Part shown: positions 13,018 through 25,000 of the stretch, piece by piece
Numbering within the stretch: position 1 is the stretch's first letter
Layout of the letters: each line of letters starts with the position of its first letter
From: Oculina patagonica
Taxonomy: Eukaryota
Length of the DNA: 64,000 nt
NCBI RefSeq assembly: GCF_052425735.1
Contig: NC_135767.1
Coordinates: 6,758,001 to 6,822,000 of the forward strand
Reading direction: 5' to 3'
Program-made: the position numbers and the translations under genes
The notes under the pieces: generated by a model
The model's input: the letters and a program-made list of their open reading frames with translations, nothing else
Database searches by the model: none
Told to the model about the DNA's origin: nothing

Positions 13018-16000
13018 ATAGTATAGCTGCCGGCGATCCATACTGAAACTTTGTTCCGTGCTTACTTTGGATGGCATTCACGGTCGCCTTAGCAACCCTC
13101 ATCTGGCGACAAGAGCGTGCAATAAATTAAACGCTGAGTTATCATTTCAAATTTACACAAGTGGCACACAAACCAGCAGTAAGTTTGACAGTCACTAAAC
13201 AGCGCACAGCGGTCAAACGCAAAAATTGACGTCACATCTGGTTTTCGCCGCCTCGAACTTTCGACTTGAAAGTGGGCAAACTTTTGCAAGAAATTGTTAA
13301 AGAAATAGTACGGTGAAAGAACAGTTCAAGCTGGGACACTCAGTGAAGATGAATTATCAAATTTCCAATCCATAAACGGCGTATCAGCCTTAACTTTCCA
13401 GGGACGCCGTTAACTTTTGGCTTTAAAGCGAAAGTTTTCGGAAAATTTAAGACTTTGTGTGGAAAATTTTGGCGGGAATTGCACAGTAACTGCGCACGCG
13501 CGCAGCGTTTGACCACTGTGAAACTTAACAGTCAGTTGATCAGTCAGTGATACAGTGAGTCGGTCAGTCATTCGATAAGTTAGACAGACAGTTGGTTTTT
13601 TCAGTCATTCAAAACAGTCAGTCAATCAGTCAGACCATAAGGCAGGCAGGCAGGCAGGCAGACAGACAGACAGACTTTCGGACAATAAGCCANNNNNNNN
13701 NNNNNNNNNNNNNNNNNNNNNNNNNNNNNNNNNNNNNNNNNNNNNNNNNNNNNNNNNNNNNNNNNNNNNNNNNNNNNNNNNNNNNNNNNNNNNNNNNNNN
13801 NNNNNNNNNNNNNNNNNNNNNNNNNNNNNNNNNNNNNNNNNNNNNNNNNNNNNNNNNNNNNNNNNNNNNNNNNNNNNNNNNNNNNNNNNNNNNNNNNNNN
13901 NNNNNNNNNNNNNNNNNNNNNNNNNNNNNNNNNNNNNNNNNNNNNNNNNNNNNNNNNNNNNNNNNNNNNNNNNNNNNNNNGACAATCACGTAACCACTCA
14001 ATCGATCAAAAAATGATGGAACAATCATAATATTAATTAGTGCAACTAACCAAACAGACAGTACATTAATAACAGGGGAAATTTAAACCTGTTCATCATG
14101 GTCCAGGGTATCCTCACTCGTGTATCCCCACGGGATGAACCACAATTGACTGTAGGAATGAAAATCAATGAAACCCTTCAACTTTCCACCAAGTCCTTTC
14201 AGAAAGGCACGGACGTTAGCAGTTTCCACTTCAGAAAAGGCCTTAGAACCCCTGTATGTGATATCACAAGGGTACGTGCTTGCTCCGGCACCTGTGTTCA
14301 ATGTTTTGAAGTAAGCATCAACAACAACAACAAAACTTTATTTAGGCAATCAAATTATTTACAAGACTTCACTTTATTAGTATAAAATAATTTTTTTTTG
14401 ATTTTAATTGAAGTTCTTATTCCCTTTGTGATCCAGGATTTGGACAGCCGCTTTAATTTCCGTTTTGAAACAGGCTTAAAAGGCGCATGAATATTCACTA
14501 CTTGGTTGAGTTTATTGTAAAAGCTGGAGAATAATTTATCTACATTGGTAGGTGCCAAGCGAGTATCCATCCATTTTATATTTGATAGATCCGTGAGAAA
14601 TTTGGCTTCTGAAAAACATGTGTAATCACGGAATTTCTTCTTGACGTTTAAAGATATCTTACATGGATTGGTCATCATTATGCAAAATTGCGAAAAGTGA
14701 TCGCTGATGTCGGAGATTATATTAAGTTGCAAATCAGACACATTGTTAATTAAGATGTTATCTATTAGAGTAGCAGAGGTGCTATGAACGCGCGTTGGTT
14801 TATCAATTAGCGGTAAGAAAGAATAACTCTGCAATGAGAGTAAAAAATTTTTAGTCAGTAAGAAACTTCGGTCCTTTATAAAATAACACAAGAGCTGGAA
14901 AAATTTAAACACACTAAAAAAATCCTTTCAGTTACACACCGTATTGTCCTAAAGGAGCTGACGTCATAATGACGTCACATTGCATCATAATGAAAATGAA
15001 AAACACTAAAGTATCTGTAGCTATTAGCGGAGCCCCATGACCATGGAAATAGGAGAACCATGCATTTGATTTTTCATGGTCATCATGGCTAGCAGCATGG
15101 TTTGCAGGCGCGTCCCTCGCCCGTACGTACGCACCAGGGCGGGATTTTTTTCTCGACAGTCAGTAAATTCGTAAGAGTAATTGGACTGAGTGGAGTACAA
15201 TTAATATTCCTTTCGCCCACTAAACTCCTTTAAGATTTGGTTTCGACAAAATTCAAAAAGTGAATTGCAAAATAAAACTTTCGCTACGTTTCTGACATTT
15301 CTGCCTCCTCTTAATAATCGATTGATTTCAGTTATAAAAAGAAGTCAATAAGTGGTTATAGAGTTTTGATAAAAACCATACCTCCCCATTTATAGCCCCA
15401 GTTTCTGTTTAAATCCACACCATGACAGCCATATCCAGGATGGTAACGACGATTTTTTCTCCACATCCGATACTTGTATTTTTTCTGTTACATTAAAAAA
15501 AAATGTTTTCTGAACACCGAGAGTTACATTTTCCTATTTATCTTAGGGGCTAGCGTTTATATGAATTTTTGCTTTTTGTATCCCAAACGAACTGTACTCA
15601 ACGAGGAGGGGGCGGGGAGGGGGGAGGGGGGACTCCTATATGAAAGGGACGGGAATGCTCGAAGGATAAATTACTGGGCATGTGTCAAGTTTTTTTGACT
15701 TCTAAAATATATCATCTTCATGCCTGATTGATCCAGAACCGACAAAAGGTATGATAGCGTTTTCTATTTATTCGTATACATCCCTAAACGAGAACTTGAT
15801 TGCTAAAAATTTCGGCGTTCTGTCCTAAGTGGAAAGAAAATCTGTTACTTACACCCCTATGCGAGACGACGAGCATCTCAGTTCCTTTATATGGTAGTCC
15901 CCTCTTATCCTGGGACTTGAGATTCGCGCAGGTTGGTAAAAACCGAGGGATAAGTCCCCGGGTAATGCCGATGGACAAATCCCTTGTGCTGTTCACACTG

Positions 16001-19000
16001 GGGGCATGACAGCGCTAGTACAAATCCTAGTGGCAGGGACATGTTCAAAATTCTTCAGATTCTTTGTGATTGCCGGTTATCAGCCCGCTTTTGCTGGGTA
16101 TTACAAAAACATTTCATATATGAGGAAATCACTTTTTTTTTACTTTTTCCTCGCGTTATGTCTTAGCGACTTGACATGTTCGTGTATTCGACCTTTAAGC
16201 GAAGTTCGATGGTATCATTAAACATATAACAAACACGCAAGAAAGATGGTTGATTAATTAATAAAACTGTTTTGCTCTAACTGACCGGATTTTTCCACGT
16301 GTAGGCATATCCGTCGACGTTAAATACAGGCAGTATTATGAAATCCATTTTATCCAAAAGAGCTGTCACTGACGAGTCACGTCCGTACTTTTGCGTCATC
16401 TAAATAAAGATGAAAACATAAGGCGATTTTAATTCTTTTATGTAACATAGCCTCCCACGCAGTCGTTTTTAGGGGTGAAATACGATCGCCCTAAAAACGA
16501 CTGCGTGGGAGGCTACACGTAACACGGATACAAATAGAAATACAGTCAACTCTCGCCTTGCGGACACCCCGCTATTACGGACACTCGCTATTACGGACAA
16601 AATCCAGATTCCCGGCGAAAGCTATAGAGGTATGACTGGAAATAACTCCCGCTATTAAGGACGTTCGCTATTACGGAATTACGGACACTTTCGTGGTACC
16701 AACATAACAGTTTTTATTGTTTTGACTCTCGATAAAGCGGACACCATGAACTTTTCATAACATAATTACGTAAGATTGCAGTCAGTTGTTCGTTATTTGT
16801 GAAAGCACACTTCAAAAGACTTCGAGAATGTTTATTTTTGCATCAATTTCTTCAGTAACAGTACAAAAGACTTTGCATTTTCATTTCAGCTTGGCCTTTT
16901 CCCTCCAGACTCTTTGGGAAAGATCAAGCCCGCATTCTCCATTCCTAACGGCTACTTAGAAGTTTCATCACTTTTGATAAGCTCGTCGTAGTCTATATTA
17001 TTTAACGTATGTTAACGGCACTTTTTTTTCTCACACCCCGCTATTACGGACTCTCGCTATTACGGACACCAAACGATGTCCCGAAAAGTGTCCGCTATAA
17101 CGAGAGTTGACTGTAGTTTTTTACTTATATTACTATCAGAAACTTCGCTGCAACATTAATTGCTGACACGGCAAGCAAGTTTGATGTTCATGATAACAGT
17201 GGAACCAAGGTTTACAGTGTCTGTGACGTTCCACTGTACGTAACAAAAATAGCGTCAGTAACGTAGTCAAGAATATACCGCAGCTGTTTAGAATCCCAGA
17301 CAAGAAATTAAAGTTAGTTCTGCCATGCCATTGCGCGCGATGTTGCATCCCGGGGGCGGGGGTGGGTACTCCCATATATGGGCTATATAGGTATGTGCCG
17401 GACTCGCATATGAAAGTGACGGGGAAGCTCGTTGTCTCGCTTAGGGTTGTAAATTTCGGATTTTTGGTCTCGCTAAGGGTGTTCCGGGCAAAACGCCAAT
17501 ATTTTTAGCCATAATGGTCTCGTTTAGGGTTACAAACGAAGAAATATACAAATGTAAATTCTATTCTTAGTTTTCTGGTATCTTTTAGGGCTCAAGAAAA
17601 GCTTGAGCCACACCCAGATTGGTCTCTTTTAGGGGTTCTTTTCAAAACTTCCGACGAGCATCCCCGTCCGTTTCATATAGGAGTCCCCCCCCGGGTGTCA
17701 GGCTGCCGAATGTGTCGTTGCACAAGTTGACTGACTTTTTGACAGCTCTGACTGTAGTTCTGTCTATTTAAAGTCCTTTTTCAGTTTCTTCATGTATGAG
17801 TTGAATATGGTTGTATGGAAGGCTGCTATAATTAGTATATATCAAGCTGGAGAGGAAAAGCCTGTTGAAGACTTAAATGTAATAACTGAACCTAAATGTA
17901 ATAAACTCCTAATGTAATAACATTTGACCTTAAATGTAATAAACTCCTAAGTGTGACAACATTTGAGCTTAGATATATAACGTTATAATAGCGTCTTCAA
18001 TAAAGTAACCAATACTTCTTCACCCTTTATTGGCCGTACAGGGGGGGAGTGGATGCCTACCCCCACCCCCTTGAAGTTTTCCGTAATTCTTATCCTCTCT
18101 TGCTATAATGCTGTACCTTGAGTAGCTGTTCATTCAACCCTTGCAGAAATTTTGATATGTCAACCATGTGTCCATGACTTTTGACGTTGCCATGGCAACG
18201 TCATAATAACAAGCTGGTCTTTCCAGAAATCGTTATTTTTTTACATTTTACTTTATCTCTTCCAGCTTTTTTTTAAACAAAATTGCACACAATTTGCTAA
18301 ACTTTATATTCTATAAGCATTATGGCTTGATTTTGTATCAAGTTCTGTTATTTTACGAACTTCTAAGAAAATGGAGAAATCCAAGATGATGGACTCAAGA
18401 TGACGGCTCTTATGACTTCATATGTCACTCGGCCAACAAAAATTATGTCAGCTTGTAGAGTAAGCACAGGGCGTTTCACTCAGTCCAAAATAACTTCACT
18501 GGGCATTGATAGAACGATGGGAGGGGGGTTCCATCCACCCCTCCCCCTTATACCACGTGGGGGTATGAATTTGCTTATATGTCTGATGGTTACCAACTCA
18601 CTGGTTATATCACTAGTGGTTTGTTGGGCCATCTGTTACGCCATTGGACAAGTTGTTGTATTCATCGTGAACCAAACGTGACTGATGAAAAACATCAATC
18701 AAGTGACTTCAAATTTCTTCTTCGGTAGTCTCCTGAAATCTTCGGGAGTCTTCGGAAATATTCGGTAGTCTTCGAAAATCGCCCAAAATGATCGGGATTC
18801 GTCGGAAAATGATGGAAACATTCTTGATATACTAAACAAAATAATATTGCCCTATTTTGGAGCCGTTTTTGTTTCTTTCTGGATAAAATTTACTGTTACA
18901 GTGAATACTTTACTATTAGTGTTAAAATGCCTAAAATGTAATTGTTTCATGTTATAGGGCCAAAACGCGTTTAGTGTTATCGAGGTACCACCATTTAGAC

Positions 19001-22000
19001 CCTCGTCTCAGGACCATTCCGGGACGATGAAGTGATTTAGTCTGTATTATTTAAAATTACTGACGCATTTTACGGTTAATTAACATATTTCACGGCGAAC
19101 GGTAAATTTTGCAATTTTCACGCCTAACGGCTAAATTTTTGGCCGTTTTACGGGCTAACGGTTAACCCCATTGAGACCCTGCGTTGGTTAACCCTATTCA
19201 GACCGGGCTTTTCTTGGTTACGTCACTTCCAGAATATTCAAACAATCACAATGAAAATTAGAGGACATATAGTATGTCCAAAAATCTATCTTTTGATATG
19301 CGTCACGTGGGATGATGACGTCACATCACGTGACAATTACATCATGATGTCAAAACAGCCGCCAAAATTGATCTGCCATCGTGGATTTCAAAATTTTTCC
19401 CAAACACCAGAAAACGGCCCAAAATTACTAAAAAGTACTCAAACTCAATAAAACGGTGCAAAAAACCTAAAAAGGTGAAAATATTATAATTGCAATAAAG
19501 GTCATTTTCATTAATAGGAACACAAAAATTACAAATTTGGGGAGACATGTCTGTCAAAATGCCATGGTAACGTCAAGTTCCCGACACAGCAACCTATCCT
19601 ACCAAATTATTTCCAGATAAATTTTAGATAAACTCGCAAAGTTTGGAAGCGTTTGGTTGAATCTTGAAAAAGTTATAAGCGTTCAAAGTCAGTGTGGGCA
19701 CTTTCCGCTTCCACCCCCCCCCCCCCGGTCTGGATAGGGTTAATGAGGTGATGGTGACGTCATTGATGACGTTATTATAACGTTATAAGTTTGAATGTTG
19801 TCACACTTAGAAGTTTATTACATTTAAGGTCAAATGATATTACATTTAGGAGTTTATTACATTTAGGGTCAGTTATTACATTTAGGTCTTCTACAAAGCC
19901 CATAGAAAGACATAAGGCTAAAAGCCGAGGAAGAACACAACTCATCAACATAACAATGGAAATTAAGTATTAAATTCGTCAAACAATGGAAATAAATGTT
20001 TAACACTTCTGTTAAGCTTAACGGAAAGGAATTAACCATTAGCCGTAAAAAATCCAAAATTTTAACCGTTTACCATAAAAGCCACCACCCCATTGAGACC
20101 CTCAGATAGGAGTCACACTGAAATTGTCGCGCGCGATGTTGCAGCAGTAGTCACACTGGAATTTTCGCGCGCGAAGTTGCAGCAGTAGAAACCACCGCTG
20201 CGTTTGTTGCATGCAACAATTCCAAGGTTCGATACGCGGACCGAGCAATGCAGACATTTCGTGCAACATAACGCGCAATATCGCACTTTGTCCGAGCCTA
20301 AACAGCTTTCGAAAGCACACTTATTAAAGCTTCCAATAGGCCATTTCCGAGTTACCCTTTGCCTCTGTTTCAAACGAGTCTACGTGGAAACCATTCATAT
20401 GAAAATGAGTCTCAACTACAGGTTCATTTTCATGCAAATCAAACTCATTTTCATTTGAATGGTTTCGCACGTAGACTCGTTTTGAGAAAGAGGCATGGGT
20501 AACTCGGAAATGGCCTATTGCATTTTTCATGTACTATTTTGCACTGCTTCAAGTAGAGAATAATTTGTGGATGCGCGGAGACATTGTTTCTGTGTTTAAC
20601 AGGCTTTCTTACGAGTGAGCTTGTTGAGAATTTCGGCAATTTCCCGAAGCTTTCCGACCATTTTCCGAGGTCAGGCAAACGTTTCTGAACGTCTTTCGGA
20701 CATTTCCGAAGATTGCTGAAGCTTACGACGATTGGCAATGGTTGATTTCCGTTCATTCAACACTTAAACAAGGCAAACTTGCCAGCAAAAGCGACGTTAT
20801 CGTCACATGTGAAATGAACTGTATTTTTATACGGTAAAGATACGGTTTTCTTTGGTGAGAAAATGCTAAATTTTTCCTTCAACAATGCTCAAACGTTGCT
20901 ACAAAAATGCGAAAAGCTGTTTTCTACAGCTGCATCTTTCGTGATTTTCTAGAGCTCCCTTAGTTGAATTAAAGTTCAAAATGGCGGCTCAGTTACTTGG
21001 CTGGGTGGCCATGGAGCCCGCTGGCTCAGTCGTTTGCTGATTGATCGGGAAACGTCTGCGTCAGTTCACATTTAACAAAACGTAAAGGTAGTCTTAGTGA
21101 ACTGTCGTTTATGTCCAAAAAAACTTGAAATTTCCTACGATTGGTACGTTCTTTGGCTATAGAGTATTGCTTAAGGTTGCTTGGTCTATAAAAAGTTGTT
21201 CCAAACCTCAAAACCTGCCAAAAAGTTGTCGAGCTCAATCTGAAAAAACCTAGCACCGAGTCGTCGGTCCTTATTTGTATATGCAAACTTTCTGTTCAGT
21301 TGGGAAACAGTTCTTACCTCGTCAATGATGAACATGCACGTGGCGGGAGACACCCATTCCCTGGCGTGAATTCCACATTCAATGAAAAACACTGGCTTGT
21401 TGAAACTGTAGTTTCCTTGGATCTAAAAGAAGTGAACAATGAAAATCCCTGTCAGTCACTCGGTTGGTCGGTCAGTCGGTCAGTCGGTCAGACCGGATCG
21501 TCCGTCCGTCTGTCTGTCCATCCGTCAGCCGTCAGTTAGTCAGTCATTAAGTCGGTCAGTCTGTCTTTCCGTCCGTATGTCTGTTTGTCCATCTGCCCTT
21601 CAGTCAGCCAGTCTGTCAGTCATTCAATTGGTCGGTCAGTCAGTCAGTCCATCCAACAGTCAGTCAGTTGGTCGGTCAGTCAGTCAGTCGGTCAGCAAGT
21701 CAGTCAGTTGGTCGGTCAGTCAGTTGGTCAGTCGGTCAGTTCAACAGCCAACCAGTCAGTCAGTCAGTGAGTCAGTTGGTCGGTCGGTCAGACAGTCAGT
21801 GAGTCAGTCGGTCGGTCGGTCGGTCCAACTGTCAGTCACTCAAGCACCTGTCTGTCTAAAGTAGAAATAGTCATTGGATTCACGTGACACTCACCTTAAT
21901 GGCTCGCATTTGCCTTTTCTTGTGAGACCTGCCAAGGTTTATGATCGAAGTCATGTTTCTATAGTTGTTATGAACTTGGTACAGTTTGGAATTGATCTGT

Positions 22001-25000
22001 AAAAGAAGGTAGCTTTAGACAATTAGAAAGACGGGCGGAAGGACGGTTTACAAGCAAAATTTCGCAGGTAGGGTAACCCTACTACCCGGGTCAACTTACA
22101 CCGGTTACGCTTCAGTTAACCTTGTAAAAGTTTGTCGTAAGAAGCTGTTATTCGAAAATAATTCCGTTCCAGTGCAAAAATACGACAAATTGTGAATGAA
22201 CACGATGTTTCTTGGTCACAATTCGCTGTTTTTGTCGGTATTTTTAAACATATTTAGCTTCTTGGAGCCGGAATAAAGTTGTCCCGGGTAGGCGAGTTAT
22301 CCCTAGTAGAGCGTTTACAAGGCGCTAGGGTTACCCTGGCGCTAGGGTAACCCTAGTGCTAGGGTAACCCTAGCTGCCTTGTTAACACGTCGATGAAAAA
22401 AAGAAGAAATGTGGGAACGCTAGGGTAACCCTCCTGCTAGGGTAACCCTATCACTAGGGTTACCCTACCTGCTTGTAAACAGGCCCTTATTATGTCTGAT
22501 ACTTTTTCATAGCCATGCTTTGGTTTCAATATTGTGGTGAAAATATTCTAAATTTTTCGCAATGTCGGCTCTTTTTTGAAATGGAAACGGCTTGCGTAGT
22601 TAACAAGTCAAGTTATCGAGTACTATTTCAAACTAACCTTTAAGTCATTCCACTGAAAAAGAACCTGCACTGAGAGTTTTGTCACACTTTGCCTATGGAT
22701 TGTTTATGTTATAGGAACTTAAATTTTGAAATAAAAATGGGGGGTGCCCATGCTCGTTTAGGAGCAACAGCACCTTGTTTATACCCAGTAAATCCTTATA
22801 ATATCACCATGATTATAGTCACGATTGCTTGCTTAATTCGCGTTTCCGACGATTGTTTCTTATTCTACACTGAGAATCGGTCCATATTTATTCTACAGCA
22901 AGAAAGTTACTACTCAATTCAAAACAAAACAAAATGATAGGTCACCGTACTCGTTTTTGAGAAAATGACGGTTTACCTCTCTGGCGAGGTCTTGCGCTGA
23001 AAAGAAAAAGCCGCCAGTTTTTAAAGCGTAAAATTATGCCCAGTAGGGATGCGCAATGCAACACTGGGGAATAACATTAAAGGGACACTGTCACCAGCTC
23101 AAGAGCCTAAAGACATATGGAAACTACGAATAGTGGTCCAATTTTGTTAAAAATTACTATGCTAGTGTACTGAAGCTATAAACAAGTGATATTATTGTGA
23201 TGCCATCAGGAACTTTAGATCTCAAACTGAAAAAGTCAGGCTGGCTTTTTCAAGTTCTGCCCTTGTGGACTAGAAAAAAAAGTATTATGGCTCCCTTCTT
23301 CCTTCAACAATAATTTACTTTATATCTTCATCTTCATGTACTAGGTGCATTTCATGTACGAGCAAATTTAGACCAATTCGCCAATTTAGTACTTTTTACC
23401 GAAAAGCAGAAAATCCCCATGACAGTGTCCCTTTAACAAGGAAATCATCATTCCATGACTTGGTTCTCAAATGTGATTTTGGCGCAGATACTTCACTATT
23501 TAGAGACCATTTTTTATAGGTGGTTTTCACTTTCACGCCGCGAAAATCCAAAACTATTGAGTCAAAAAAATCAAGAATATTGCAGGTTGTAGAAAAAAAT
23601 GTTTCACGCAAATTTAGAGAGCACAGTATGGAATCGCCATGTTGGAGCCCAACTGCTTGGGCTCCAACATGGCGGCCGGAAATCAATGAAAACATCTGGC
23701 ATTAAATTCCGCTCGCAAAACCTCAACTGTCCAGTTGATAAAAATCGCAGGATGAGCAATTTTTAAAGAATACGTGACAGCCTACCGACGGCCATCTTTG
23801 ACTGACCTCCTGTGGCGTGAAACTCCGAAATTCAAAATGCTCTACCTTAAAGACGGCGAATGCTATCGAGCTAAAAACCTTCAAAAGGATATATGTTATG
23901 CACGTCTAATTGCTATTGAAAAACAAAAACTCAGGGGTCTTGCAATTCTGGGTTTTAGAATTTTGATGACGTCACGTGAAAACCAAGAATTTATTCATAC
24001 CGCAGCAAGCTTGTGATACTGACTGTGCCAACCTCCTCCACCGCCTTTCGCTCCAATAGTTTCCAGTTGCTTCTCGATCAATTTATGCACGTCATCAATC
24101 TGGACTTTGAACTCGATGCCGTCGGCTTCCAGAAGAGAGGACAGAGTGATAAAATCTTCTTCCGAAACTTCAATGTCAACCGGTTGGAAAAGACGGCTCG
24201 GTTCTTTCCAGAAGTCAATCTTTAAATTAAAGAAACGAGCAGCGTTTAGGAAACGATATATTGTTGAAAATATATCTTGAAATGTCACTTTTAACTATTT
24301 TGTTTGTATTCACCTTAATGTCGGCACGTTTTTCCAATCCGCGCAAAAATACGAGATGACTCTCAACTTCAGGAGTTACACGGACGACCTTCTCACTGGA
24401 TAATTAAAATAAGCATCAGCAAAACTGTGAATTAATTATTTTTCTCTTTAAACATGTGTTTTCGAAGTTTTGCAATGTTTATATATGACCCCTATTAAAT
24501 GGCAACTTAAGCATAAGAAAATTGTAGATGAACTTTAAAGTAAAACAATGAATTTGTTGATATGAAAGCGCACAGTAAAGTTGCAAGCGAACTAAAAGGA
24601 GCCCGCAGATCCATAGTCTTGCGTTTATCGGTCACACATTACCCAAAGAAGCTCGTCTTCATTTTAGGGTCTCGATTGATATCCATATTCGTTCATTGAC
24701 AATATGTGGATGATACATTTCAAACTCGAGGTTGCGTCAATAAATCTTTAAGTCTATCAGTTTGGGCGTATTCAGTCACCTCTTTGAGCAAACATTGGTC
24801 AGCAAAGAAATAAATAGTACATGTTTTATTGTGGAACTTAAAAAGATAAAACGGGGCTCGAAAAAATACTACGCAACTCGCAAAATATCCGCGCGTATTA
24901 TATGTTAAATCATCGAATAAGGGATTTATTATTCCACTATTTTTTCCACTAAGTTTTGGTCGGTATTCCGTAAGATTGTCCGTCCGTATTTTTGCCCTGT

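Noticed and set aside
11582-14028. Long ORFs made of X residues
   Set aside because: Artefacts of translating N gaps.
21439-21864. SVSQ/SVGR-rich ORFs (also 33020-33238, 33642-33844)
   Set aside because: Translations of intronic tetranucleotide microsatellites.
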